A stretch of DNA of 64,000 nt from Lama guanicoe. Its lineage: Eukaryota. The position numbers and the translations under genes are program-made. The notes under the pieces were generated by a model. That model saw nothing but the letters and a program-made list of their open reading frames with translations. It was not told the DNA's origin and ran no database searches. Of this stretch, positions 1-12,883 are shown one piece after another. The stretch lies in assembly GCA_013239625.1 (NCBI GenBank), contig MU053881.1, positions 13,468,879-13,532,878 on the forward strand. The letters are read 5' to 3'. The stretch's first letter is position 1, and each line of letters begins with the position of its first letter.

Positions 1-1354
1 TGCGTTAAGCAAGTTTCCTGCATTGTCTCCCTGGACTCTAAGAAGAGCAGTAGGTGAGAGATGATTCTCTCATAATAGGTAGAAACTGCTGTTAATCCCT
101 TTATCTCTTGGATCTTAGTTCTCTTATATTTTATGATATTTATCTATTGTCTTTTTACAAGACCGAGCGACTTAAAGGCAGGAGTCATGTCAGTGAATGT
201 CAACTAAATGATACATGTTTTGAAAGAACTCTCTGGTATCTTTAGAAATTCCTTGAAAACCAAGGATCTTTCATTTTTCATTTGTCTCAGACTAGAAATG
301 TCAAAATAATTAGTCTGATATAGGAAATGCATTATTTTATTTATACATTTGGCAAGGAGAAGACATTTTTCATGATTAAACACTTTCATAGGAAATTTTA
401 ATACATTTCTCAAAGATGGTAATACCTTTGAATAATCTCACTGAGCCAAAATATCTAGGAACGCTCCACTCTGTTTTATAACTAAAACCTCGTGTCATAA
501 AGGACATGAAAAACATCTTAAAGACATAAAAAAAAAAAAAGAATGGGAAAGAGTAGGAAAACGGAGGACTGAAAGAAAAAACAAGGGTAAAAAAACTGCA
601 TCTAAATAGGGTCATTCAGTTTATAACAATAATGGACTAAATTATAAATAATTTAATCCAACTTAGTGATTTTAGCCCAATCTGTAAATAATTATAATTA
701 ATTGCAATAAATTATAATTTAATATAATTAATATAATAATTACAACGAATAATTTATAATAAATTCTAAATCATAAATTAAATTCTCCTTCACCACATTC
801 CCTCTGACCTAAGGTGTAACACTTGTATTTTTTACAAGCCTATATGCTACACATCTGTGTGTTAGATCAGAAGGAATGTAGTGAAAGAAAATACAGGGGA
901 AAACAGAATCTCTTACTAACATTTAAGACATAAAAAATGCTAGTTGCTACTGTAGTTTTTAAAACATGATACTACTTCAAAATACGCAAATTTCAGGGAA
1001 ATAAAGTGTTCGATTACAGTGTTTCTCTTTCTAACAGTCTTGTGACTTACCCACAATTAACTTTCTAGGTTTCTCATACTGTATTTAAACATACATACAT
1101 ACTTTCAAAGTATGTAAATGCATTTACACTTTATATATTCAGTACCTACTCAATACTGAATAAATACAAAGGACACCAGTTAGCTTTCATATGATAAAAA
1201 TCCAGTGACTGAGTAACTGGGACTTGGGCTCTATGCTCAGCCCTTCTCATGTTCTAAAGGTGTGCTTCAGCAATTCTCCTGTCTCTTATCTTGTTTTTCA
1301 CCTTCTAGTCTGTCATCTCCATCAGCATGTAAAACGCTGTTATTATTCTCACCT

Positions 1355-1455
1355 GTAAAAACATCATTAAACTCAAAAACAAGAAAACACACAACCTGAT
1401 GAAAAATTGGACAAAAGATCTGAAAAGACATCTCAGCAAAGAAGATATACAAATT
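1355..1455 (+). mobile_element. L1 ORF2 3' fragment
   Basis: AAAAATTGGACAAAAGATCTGAAAAGACATCTCAGCAAAGAAGATATACAAAT resembles the L1 ORF2 KWAKDLNRHFSKEDIQM region. Confidence 0.75.
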
Positions 1456-4400
1456 CTTAATTTAAATAGGGAGGAATTTTCTTTCTTTACTCAGAGATAA
1501 TTTCTTTCTGTTTTTCAGTTAATTTCTGGCTAGGCTATACTTTGAACAGTAAAAAATTTCCATGAAATGTCTACTTTCTAGCATCTATGGGAAGTTTATT
1601 TCAAGGCCTAATATGTGGCCAACTTTTGTAAAGATTCCATAGTTCCTTGAAAATAAAGTATATTCTCTATTCTCAGATCCATCTATTATCTTCACCTTAA
1701 CTGGTTTCTTATTTCATTTTTTTTGTCAATTTAAAATACATGGACTGAAGAAATGTTCGTTGTACTGCTGTTTTATTTCTATAAATATTTCCTTGCTTTT
1801 CCTATTGATTTTAGTCTGCATTTTGTTCCTATAACTTTTTGTCCCAGAAAGATTCAGTACATAGAGATCTTAAATCCCTTAAAATGATGTTCTTGAAAAT
1901 CATTAGTCATCTTGACTCCTTGAGTGGAGTATAAGAAAATCCTTATTCATACCAAATTTCAGTCTTATATGTACACACATATAGTCCTCTATATATTAAT
2001 GCATTTTTGAGGAACTTGGAAGAAACTACCCCCCAAAATGGATTTGTTTCTACAAAGATGTTATTTGTACAATAATTATCCATAACTATATTGATCCCAG
2101 AGCATGAAGTACCATTGATATTTTTTATAGTAGTAAGAATAATTTTACCTTGAGACAACCATATTCTTTTAACCAAGTTGTTCTTTATGAACATGAATTT
2201 TTAAATGGTAAGAATTATCACAGTTTAAAAGTTTAATCTGAAGTCTATGGAAGAGGATGGATTAACCCATAAAGGACTGATATTTACACTCACCTAACAA
2301 ATCTATATGGCAATTTACAATCATTTCATGTTCTGTAAATACTAGAATGTTTTATTAATAGTCTGTTATTAAACATTTTTAAAAGGAAAAACAAATTGTG
2401 TTAAGCACTTGATTACCCTTGCCCCTAATTCGTTAAAATTCTTATGATATGGCACAAAGTTTTCTTTCCTAATCTATGTACAAAACAATCCAGAAAGAGT
2501 CAAAACTCGATCCCACTTACTCCACTGAGATGAGCAAGTGCAATCCTTTAGAGATGATATCATTGAGCTGTGCAGAAGTTTATAATTACACTTGTGGTAA
2601 AGTTTGCCCTGACCAACTAAGTAGATTTGTTAAATTTATGAGTTTTATCCTGTCGGCACATAATTTGCTATGTTAAGGATTTCACAGAGAAATTCAGAAT
2701 CCACAGTGCAGCACAAGTGATATTATGTATCTTAAGTTCAGGAATAGAACTGTCATTTGTCTTTTATGATAGTAAAACGTGAATCTATTTCCATACTGTG
2801 TTTTAACTCCAGCACTTGACATAAGCATCATCATCACACTTACACACACTCATTAGGCACGTGAATATATTGAGGGAAACAACATTTTAGTGACTATGGA
2901 TACTGGTGACTCCAGCAGTGACTCAAATTCTGCAGAGATCATAATTCACATTACAGAAAATAGCAAGAACAGAAAACGCCTTTACATAACAGAGAGCCTG
3001 CTCTGTGTTTAAGAGCAAAGCCACAAATATTACTGATCACTGTAGCTTGCATAGTACTTTGTGTGGGGTGGATGCTGGATTTGTGTTTGTCGATTGACAG
3101 ATATATCAGGTTGCTATAGAGGGAAGCTATTAAACAGACATCTCTTTATCAAGGATTATCCACTGGCTACTAATGTAATGAGCTTTTCTTGGGGAACTAT
3201 ACGTATAAAAGTCCACGAAATCCTTTCTCTTGAATAGGAATTTTGACTATATAAGGATAATACTTTTCCCTCCACATTACACCTCCCCACTGCAGCCACG
3301 TGCTCCACTGAGTTGGAGAAATGTATAATGTGACTTAATAAAAGTACATGTACAGTTTGTAAGTTTTTAGAAGTCTATATACAAACGCAAAAAATGTTTG
3401 AGGCTCTGCTTGACAATAAGAACAAGTCAACCATGTTCTATGGCCAATGTCATCTTAGGCTTAATTAGTAGAATAAAAGATGAGACAATGAAGCTTTATA
3501 TTGAATTAAAACTTTTTTTTGACCAATTATTTTCAGTTCTGGGCCCACACTTTAAAAGAAAAGAAAAGAAAAGAAAAAAGATAGTGCCTGCCCGCTGGAG
3601 CAGGGCAGAGGGGCAACACAGAGATGTCTGTCCCCAGACAACATTCTAGTCTCCAGAGCGCTGTTATGTGCCTGAGAGAAACTTGCTAAGTACTTAATTA
3701 CTCGTAACTCCTGTTGATGATTGTAAGCTAGACAGAGATTTAATGCAGGATGGCTGCTTTAAAACTATTATAGTCTGAGCCAAATTATGTCTAAATGAAA
3801 GAGGTGAATGTACTGTGCATCAATCAATCAATCAGTCACTCTTGGAAATTATCAATGTTACATTCCAAACCTCTTCCCAAATAATCTGAGAATAGCATTG
3901 GCTTTAAAAAGAAAGAAGAGTAAAATAAATTAAAAAGAAACTTTTAACAAAACTTGTAGGGAAAGTCAGTTTATTATTCATCCCTTTTCCTATGGAGGCA
4001 AGTAAGTTGAATTAGGTTTTTTAAAAAAAAAGAGCTTATAGACACAGTTGCTTGAAATAAATGTTCTGCACAGCATTATTTAGGTTTGTTTGCTCTGTTC
4101 GTTAGTTTAAAATGTTAGTCTTTAAAACTAATCCTTTTTAAATCATTTGAACTTTCTGGGCTTATGGTCTGAGAAATTGACCTCATGGTTAAGTGCCTGA
4201 TTGATTTAAAAAGGAGAGTCGGCAGTTACTCTTGTTTCACAGGCGTCTAGAATTTATACTGGAAAAAAAAATGGAAATCATTTTGCCACTTACCAAACAG
4301 AGCAACATTTTCATTTATCAATTGCTATTCCTAAAAGGGGTTTAAACGTTCATTTTCTAAAAGCATCGTCATAGTAACTATGAAATGTGGACGTTAGTTT

Positions 4401-6410
4401 CTTACCTCATTTAAAGAAGTAATTGATATCACTGACTTGTTGGGCTCAGTGCAGCTGGCCAAGTGCATTAGTTATCATCTCATGACTATTACTTTTCCCC
4501 GAAGAAGTGCCTTCTCTATTTTCTACCAGAGTCCAGAGTGGTTTTCATGTGGCTGAGGGTGGGTGTGTGATTGGCAGCCTCTTGTTGTAATTCTAATTAT
4601 GGACATGCTCCGTCAGGACGTATCAGCTGAGCAATCTCCGTGCTGTAGATAAGCACTCAAGTGAGTGAGCTCCCGCCCCTATCTCACTACTAATCTAGTT
4701 GGTGTTTGCTTCTGGATGTCAGAAACCTTGTCTGCTCCAGGAGGCATCCTTCTTAAACACTGAAAGGAAGACATACCCTGCTGTTCCTGTCCTGCCCAAA
4801 CCCCAAATGCCCACACACTGGCGTGAGTAACACCGAACAACAGAACAGAGAGTGAGAGAGCTCAAGTCAAGAGTATACGAAGCTGTAGTGCTTCACGGGG
4901 CAAATCACTTCCTATTTCTGCTTTTAGTTTTTTTCTATAAAATAAAGACGTCAGACTACTTGCTCTCTGTCACTGCCTCCTGCCCCATCCTTCCATACTC
5001 TGTGTCTGAAACGTTGGTGGGTCCTTTGAGATGCTGCTGTCATCAGTGGAAATTTGATTCCTCACAGGGTTGTTCTGAGGCGTCAAGTTGCACATGTATG
5101 AGCTAAAGTTTATCTCTTTTTATCCTTTCCATAACCTCTTGAAAGAGAATGTGCCTTTGGCGTTGAGTGATTTTTTTCTGTTTCTCCTCAAAGAATCAAT
5201 AAAATTGAAATTTAAGTCAAGAAAGGATAAAAATTGGAGATAATTGTGGTGAAATCATGCTCATAGTTTTGAGTACTCAGGTGTTTTTTTTTTTCATAAC
5301 TACGCTCTAATCATGATCCGATTAATCATCATAATGTCCCCTGGAGGGAGGGAAGTAGATGAATAAAAATGCCCATTTTTACTTTAAGAAGCCCCTTCCC
5401 CAGTTTTATTTTTTTTAAAAACACTAATTACCTCTTAGAGTATGAGGTATTCCAATAATACCACATGTGTTCGTGTGGCCAAAAATATATTATCTTATAG
5501 ATGTATTTGATGGATTTGATGATATTTCAAGAAAAGTAATTATGCACCACAACATAGTGAGTTCTCAATTCTTCCCGATTTCCCAAATGAGAATTTAGTA
5601 ATGCAGTTGAATTCACTAGCTTCATGAACTTGTCAGCTCTTGCATTAATTTACTGTGTGTTCTCACCCAAATTCTTTAACCTTTTCTTCCTCATTATAAA
5701 AGACCGATAATTTGGTTGTTTTGCCAATATTTAAATTCCTAGATACATTATACAAAATAAAAATAATATTACTATCGTTATGTCTGATGTCAAGATTTAC
5801 CCATTGATGTGAAAAGTGCCAGTGAGAACAATGACTAGCTGTTTCAAATCCCAGTGGTTGTAACATTTTGTCAGATTTGTGCAAACGTAGGTACAAAGTT
5901 ACATTTGTATGTGCATAATGTATGTAAGAAGCATACATCTCACTCGGTCTCACTTCCTTATCTATTTTTCAGTGAACAAGTGAATCATAGGAAAGATAGA
6001 AATAGAATTAGGAGCTTTCCTTAGACTTCTAAGATTTTCTAAGACTTGTAGAACTGGACGTGATCCTAGTAATAATGTGCTCCAGCTCTTTCATTTTACT
6101 ACGTATTGAGGCTGAGTGGGAGAGGGATTTAACAGAGAGCATGTGGAGACGAACACCTGAATTTGACGACTGACCACCACTAAGCAGCTTTGTAGACTTG
6201 GCCAAAACCTTGACCTTATTTTCTTGCAGTTTTGTAACCGGATCATTACTTTCTAATTCATTGAACTGTTAGTGTTAAGTAAGGCAATATATCAGAGCAC
6301 CTGATATATTGAAAATACATAAGGAACAGAGGGTGACAAGAGATGTGCTGCTTTGTCCACAGGGCTACCAGGTAAATTCTTCTTTTTCTTCTACCATAAA
6401 GAATACTCTC

Positions 6411-6543
6411 ACTCTCTCTCTCTCTCTTTTTTTTTTTTGGTTCAATTTTTTTTTTTTATTGAGGTATTGTCAGTTTACAACATTGTGTCAATTTCTGGTG
6501 TACAGCACAAAGCCTCAGTCATACATGAACATACATGTACATC
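6411..6543 (-). mobile_element. 5'-truncated young L1 3' end with polyA tail and TSD
   Basis: A T/CT tail, then the family motif GTCAGTTTACAACATTGTGTCAATTTCTGGTGTACAGCAC; TSD AAGAATACTCTC (6399-6410) / AAGAATTCTCTC (6544-6555). Confidence 0.75.
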
Positions 6544-8289
6544 AAGAATTCTCTCTGATTCAGTTTTCTAATGCCTTTGTCTTCCTCTTTTCCTCGACAG
6601 GCCACGGGTAAAGACGCATAGGCCTCCACCTATGAGCATTTCTGTTTTTGCCTCCCTATCTCTTAACTTCCGTTGCAGCAGTTTCCACTGAGAAACAAAT
6701 GAACAAGTTTGGGGAGTGAGCCAATTTGGCAAAGATCACTCATCTCTTCCTGTGTTAGTTGAGGCTCCTAGCGGAGCGTGGCACTCACTTACCCACGTCT
6801 TCTTCATCACTGCCATATTGTGTTACAAGTATCTCTATTAGCACTTCTTTCCCTAGATTCTAATTACCTGTCAATGTTTCTCTTTTCACTAGACTGTGTT
6901 CCTTGATGGCATAGTGTATATATATCACTTTTCTCTCTCTCTATAATTTAAGCACAGCTCTGGCACATGATAAGTGTTCAGTATGAATGAATGAAGTGTA
7001 TATTTCAGATTAATAATGGGAAATAAACTGAGAAAGAGAAAATACAAAAATACATACATACAGCATGTATTGAATTGGAATTCAATCTGTGTAGAATGGA
7101 GACTTTGACATACATAATTTATGCTAAATTTATCTGTGTTCTGTATAGCCCCACCTATGTGGATCCTCTTATAAACCTGATGGGCACACTTGATATGAAT
7201 TCAATATTTGCATAATATATATGGAATGAGCCACATTTTCCTTGATGTGGAATATTCTACGGATATTTTGGTTTAAAAAACGTCCACCTTCATCCCAACT
7301 GCTATTCACAGTATGCTATGATTTACTGATCTCTGAACATGTACCAGGCACTGTAGAGGGATCTGCACATTTAAGTTTTAATCCTCATGAATATAGTGAA
7401 GGAATTTTGGTATTCTTATTTTACAGGTGAGTACACTGGAGCATGGGAGGGAAATTGATGATACTAAATTCATAGATAATTATACACATGTATCGGTGTT
7501 TCTTCCTTTCTCCAAGTGACTTTCAGATATGCTGCTAGTTAATTTCATAGTGACCTGATCTAAATATGTTTTTGCTAATAACAGTGAGAAAAGAGCCAGC
7601 AGTTGGACAGCTACTAGAAAGATGGAAGGATATGAATAAAGCACATACTGGATGGTTGACCCACTTGAATTATCTGAGGGGTGATGGCAAGAGCACTCCA
7701 CCCTCATTTATCCTAAATACTGCTTCTCAACATCAAGACTAGACTCCCAAACAGGGCAAGAAAATGCATAATTCACTGAGGGGGACTAGTTGTTAAGAGG
7801 CCATCGCTAACAACTTGCTAACGCATACAAATATCCTATGTGGGCATAAGCCTTTCTCATCACCTAGCTCATGATACGGAGCCTAGCAGAGAGAAACAGC
7901 AAAGCGTCCTGGCTCAGACACAAGACAAACCTGGATTCAACTTCTGGCTCAGCTTTTCTTTGCTGACTGTGAGCAAGTTATGTGAGCTCTTCCCTTGCCT
8001 GTAGCATGTGGGGAGAAGATCTTAATACCTTCCTTAAGAGATTTTGTAAAAATAAAGTACTTACTATACTCTGTGACTTGTAATAGTGCTTTCAAGTAGG
8101 CAAAGCTGGTATTTTAGGTCCATTAGAGATTTTTTTTAAATTACCACTTAGAGAAGTAAATGACACGCATTCAGAAATTTATGGAGCCTCTCTAAGGTAT
8201 AAAGCACTGGGGAAGTAAAACAGAGCCCAAATACAGCCTTCAGGTGTCTCTAATCTGCAGTGGGCCCCCAAGTTTTAGTTCTGAGGCAG

Positions 8290-8424
8290 CTAATAGTAAC
8301 TAACGTGGTTTTCAACACTCACCATATGTCACATGCTATTGTACATACATACTCGTTTAATCTTCACAACAGGCTTTTAAACTAGGAACTACTATTATCA
8401 CAGCTTTTAGGTGAGAAAACCAAG
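8290..8424. mobile_element. MIR fragment cut off at the ERV LTR
   Basis: CTCGTTTAATCTTCACAACAG...ACTATTATCAC...TTTTAGGTGAGAAAAC MIR core. Confidence 0.6.
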
Positions 8425-8891
8425 TGTATGATGAGACGACTCAGCATGGCTGTTCTCTTGCTCCCTGTATGTCCGCTGCTCCACCTACACCCAGCTCAGG
8501 TGACTGACCTTCACATGACGGGGGTCCTCGCCCCCATCCCAGCTAGTGGCTGCTCTAACCTTCAAGTCAGAAGGTCCTCACCGAGATAGCTTCGCAGAGG
8601 GACGCTGAAGGGCGTGCCCGTTTGCTGGTTTCCCTGGTAACCGGTAAGCCCACGGGAAATCAGTTCCCCCTGTGACTGGTAACCACCCCTTCCCCGGGAG
8701 TGAGGGCTGCCTCCAAGCCCTGCCCGCTGAGGCCGCGCAGGGTGGCGTGTGGCTCCAGGATGTTGCTTCATACAGGTAAGCTCCCCCCTCCAGTAAACCA
8801 TGGATGTCTCTGTTGACGACTCCCGGCTCTTTCTTTGGTCTTGAAGCTGGGCAGGCACAGGCCGTGCACACCTGCAGGATGCAGCCCAGCA
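8425..8891 (+). mobile_element. ERV1-class 5' LTR
   Basis: A GC-rich ~465 bp block that starts TG (8425 or 8429) right after a MIR fragment and ends CA at 8890-8891. It has a degenerate polyA signal AGTAAA at 8792-8797 and is followed 2 nt later by a PBS. Confidence 0.75.
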
Positions 8892-8893
8892 AC

Positions 8894-8911
8894 TGGCGGA
8901 GCAGCCAGGAG
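8894..8911 (+). other. Retroviral primer-binding site, tRNA-Arg(ACG) type
   Basis: TGGCGGAGCAGCCAGGAG against TGGCGAGCCAGCCAGGAG, the complement of the tRNA-Arg(ACG) 3' end: 15/18 ungapped. Confidence 0.75.
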
Positions 8912-10950
8912 GCCCCGGGACCCCCGTGAGCTGTGATGTCAGGAAGTAGGGACGCGGAGGGAACATCATGGGGCTGTCCACTAACTTGGGGCCGGAGAGT
9001 TGTGAGTGTAATCCCAGCGTGGCTGTCCACTAGTGTGGGGGGGCCTGTGGTGTCTGTCCTTGATGAATGGGGGCGACCAGGAGAGGAGGGGGGACCCACA
9101 GATGCCTCTGAGGCTGTGGGGAGATGTTGGCCGCCGTGACGGTGGGGAACACGAAGTGGCCGCAGCTGTGGGCCGGCCGGTGCTTCTCATGTTAGGAAAG
9201 AGCGGACGCTGAGCTGACAGCCCAGGTGAGTTGCTTCTTGTTGCTCTGGAAGTGAGGCATCTGAATGTGAGTGAATGACTCATATTATTGTCTAGTACTG
9301 TTATTTATTTAAACTGAAAAAAAAAAATCTCTGAAAATGGCCAAGATGGGAATCTTTGACTTTCTAAACACTGGTTTTTGCACATACATGCAGTTAGAGG
9401 AAGCTAGTTTCCTAGAAGGAACTGATATTTCTCTTCTTGTGCTTCTGAATGCAAATAGTCTACCCGGGCTCTCAGGAACTTTGATCATCTGATCCGGGGT
9501 GGGGGGGGGAGGCCTTTTAAAACTCTGTAAGAATAAATATGGTTTGGGCATGTCTGTCTGTAATTGTATCTCCAGATTTTGGTAACTTGCAACTAAACTA
9601 AGTTAAATGAAGAGGATTCATCGACTGTCTGAGTCATTTCAAATAGCATATTGAATGCTGGAATATTGTTGTGTGGGTCTAAGTTTACCGTCCTTTGCCC
9701 TCTTAGGAGAGGAAGACTAAAGCGTAAGTTTCCCAATCAGGAAGTGCTGGGATGACAAGCAGTTCATAGTAACTTGCGTCTTGGTTTTCTGCCAGAGCTT
9801 TAAGGTTGTTAAGGGTTGAGATTGTACTAAGTCATAATTCTAGTTGTAAGGAAGTCCCTTGATCAGTTACATTGTGATCAGGTGTTTAACTGTGCGTTTT
9901 TTGAGTCTTTTGTCATTTATGGACAATTGTTGTACTCTCATGCTTTTGCAAAAGTGCTTCATTTAGAAGAAGTTTCATAAGAGGGGCCTTTTGACAAGTA
10001 CGGGTCTCTGATAAATTTCAGGTCTTACCCCTGAACTGAGTACGAAAGTAAAGAGTGCTAACAAAAAACCTGATGGCATCATAAGAATTTAACAAAAGGA
10101 CTGGTTACTGAGTGAACTGGTGAATATGATTATAATGTTCATGGGTTTTGCCTGGAATCTTCCTGGTTTTGATCTGTGTTTTCCAGATACAGGGAAGCCC
10201 TCCCTCTCAAGTTAGTTATGACTTAACAGCAATTAGGTGAACAACACCTGTGGGTGGAAAGGAAATGTTTTTCTCTGCTCTTTGCCTGGTCCATCCAGGA
10301 ACTGAAGTCTCTTGGGTTCTGAGCAGCCTCATCAGGTGAAAGGGGAAATGAGTATTGTCCCTGTTGTAGACTCGCTTTGCCTCTTACTGTTACCCTTCGC
10401 CTTGAGACAACAGTTGACTCCAGTCTCCCATTTCTTGGTGCTCCCAGACCGCCTTCGCTGTGCTCTCCCAAAGACGGCAGCTGCAGCCAAGCAGCACTGC
10501 CCTCCTTCCCAGGCCGAGCCCGCACGCGCGTGTGTCCTCCAGCAGGCTCCCGAGGCGCTGGCAGCACGCGGGCAGACCGCAGAGGCCTGAGACCCGGCTC
10601 GGAGGAGTCCCCCCTCTGATGACCTGTGACGCTCAGACCAGCCAGGTGGCGTCCTGTCCTTGGAGCTGTGATTCCCAGCTCTGGGGGGTCTCTTCTCTGA
10701 GCCGCTGAACTACTGTCCCCGTCCAGGTGGTGTCCTCTCTTCAGAGGATTGAGTCTGGCTCTAAAATGCCCCTTGCCCCAGGATTGGGTTCTGTTCACCC
10801 TGTCGTCTTCCATTTTGTGTCTTCCTCCTGAGGGTGCTCTCTCTGTGTTGTTCACGTAACAGTCCATCTGTCTTAAAGTCTCTCTATTGAAAGACCTTGT
10901 CTGGCTTCTCTTTTATACAGTCCTAATTTGGTCTCCAGTAGCCGTAGGAA
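8912..10950 (+). mobile_element. Decayed ERV1 (MER4-group-like) internal sequence; no 3' LTR seen
   Basis: Leader with a CAG|GTGAGT donor (9223-9231). A frameshifted gag-matrix-like remnant (KWPRW...QLEEA) lies at about 9335-9405. The AT-rich 9570-10250 stretch resembles recalled MER4-group internal consensus. The right boundary is approximate. Confidence 0.6.
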
Positions 10951-11049
10951 CTAGGGTAAGGCATGTCCCCATTCAGAGATGTAATCCTTTGTTTTTTCAA
11001 TGGGGGAAGGGGTGGGTGAGTGGTTACAAAAGGGATTCGATAAATAATA

Positions 11050-11295
11050 CCAAGGTGGTCTTTCCCAGACTATTTTCTGAGGAATGCTAGTCCCCAAAAT
11101 TTCTCCTTGCAAAAAAGTGAGATTTATGGTCACGTGGATTTGGGAAATGTGAAACACTACAGCAAACTATGAGAGAATCGTAGTGCACAGAGCATGATAA
11201 AGGCTCTGAGAAGTCCAGCAGAAGAGAGACCTGTTTCACTCTGAGTCAACATCTCCCCTCAAATTTGTTAGCTAGGGAACCTGTTTTATTTTCAG
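11050..11295. mobile_element. Old hAT-Charlie/MER-type DNA transposon fossil
   Basis: AAAGGCTCTGAGAAGTCC...ACCTGTTT motif recalled from such elements; a related fragment in the opposite orientation sits near 51850-52020. Confidence 0.45.
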
Positions 11296-12374
11296 TTGAT
11301 CTCTATTACCGTCCCATTGGCACAAACCGAGAAATAGTATTCCTTAGGATCTTCAGCAGTTCAAAAATTTTGTAATTTTTCTCAAGATTCCTTCATCGAG
11401 GAGAAATCTGATGCCTACAACATGTAATGCGTTTAATGGGTTTCACTCATCTCTTTCATCTCTAAGCAGAAATCTTGACTAAGAAATATGTCCTTTGTTG
11501 TGAAACGGAGAATAAATGCTGAGGTGGGGCAGGAAGGATGTCAGAACACCAGGAAAACCATTCCAGGGAATGAAAGACATGGTGAGAGAGTTCTGGAGGG
11601 GGTCACAGAATAGACCCCATCGCACGGTTGCGGTTAAGCGAGCGCGCTGTGGATTCACGCCGCCTGGGTCTGACTCTCAGCTGGAGCCCTTGAGCGCCAC
11701 TTGATTTTGAACACAGTGATTCATCTTCACTGTGCCTTGTTCCCCATCTTTAAACGGAGATAATAGGAGTATAGACTTTACAGGTTTGTGAAGAGGATTA
11801 AATGTCAAGTCGGATGTAGTATGGTTAACACCCACCTAGCATCTAATGTTCTCTCACAAACAAGAGCAAGCCTCGTCTAATGACTTAATTTAGACAGAAC
11901 AGTAATGAAACAAACACAAGCTGTTCGAAATGGAAGGAGGGTGTCTATTCCACTCCCCTGATCCTACAGATGAGACAGGAATTATGTCTCCCAGAGACTA
12001 AGAGATTTGGTCATGGAGCAAATAAACAGGGCATTTGGATGGAGTTGTCAGCCTCCCACCCTTAGTAGAGGGCTACTGCAATTAAACTCTAATTTGTTTG
12101 GCCACAGAATTTTTTTGTATTTTCCTGGATAAAGGCAAGGGTAGTAATTCTAGAATATTTCCTCCTGGGTTCAGAGCTCTGGGTGACCGCAATGATATTT
12201 ATGACCCAGCTACAGCTAATGAGGGCTTTATCGATCTCCATAAATTCCACCACATGCTTTCTCCTGCTCCTAGTTCCCGGTTCCGTAACACCTTCCTGTG
12301 TGGGAGAAACATGGGTAGAGTTAGTGTCGGGAAGAGCTGGAATAGTAGAAGGGGAGAAAAATAGTCGCATTCGG

Positions 12375-12650
12375 TTTTTTTTCAGCTTGATTGAGGTACA
12401 GTTGATAAATCAAATTGCAAGGTACAAAAAGTATACAATGGGATGATTTAAAATAAGTATACCATGTGAATGACTTCCTTCATTGAGTTAGTTAACATAT
12501 CCATCATCTCACATGTTTACCTTTTTTTTTGGTGAAAACATTTAATTTCTACTCTCTTAGAAAATTTCAACTATACAGTCCAGTGGTATCAACTCTAGGC
12601 ACCAAGTTATACATTAGATCCTCCGATCTCATTCATCTTGTAACCGAAAG
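12375..12650 (-). mobile_element. Older L1 (L1MA-like) 3' end
   Basis: TTGAGGTACAGTTGA...TTAACATATCCATCATCTCAC...TACTCTCTTAG...TACATTAGATC is a typical antisense L1 3'UTR. Confidence 0.7.
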
Positions 12651-12862
12651 CATGCTGAGCGAGCAGGAAGGAGGCGAGAAGCTGACTGTTCTCATACAAA
12701 CGCAAGTCTTTCTGTAGAACTAGGTGACCAAACCTGGCTGTCCCGTACCTACTACCTCTCAGCATCCCCAGGGCCACTGACATCGGGGTACAGGACACCA
12801 CTCCATTTCCCCGCACCTCAGGCAACTCTTCACAGCTTTACAAAACAGACCCGAGAACCATG

Positions 12863-12883
12863 TTTATTGATGTTTTATTTATT
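12863..12883 (-). terminator. GABRA6: GABRA6 polyadenylation signal cluster (3 x AATAAA)
   Basis: TTTATT on the + strand at 12863-12868, 12874-12879 and 12878-12883, about 790 nt past the stop codon. Confidence 0.8.

Noticed and set aside
630..785. Extremely AT-rich tract (possible S/MAR or unwinding element)
   Set aside because: Ordinary low-complexity sequence with no evidence of function.
8562..9283. Several overlapping 68-173 aa ORFs in a GC-rich block
   Set aside because: They lie in the ERV LTR and leader. High GC makes stop codons rare, and no protein motif is recognisable.
10223..10867. 214-aa minus-strand ORF, the longest in the track
   Set aside because: It is antisense to the decayed ERV interior, low-complexity (G/R/P/S-rich) and has no domain or splice support.
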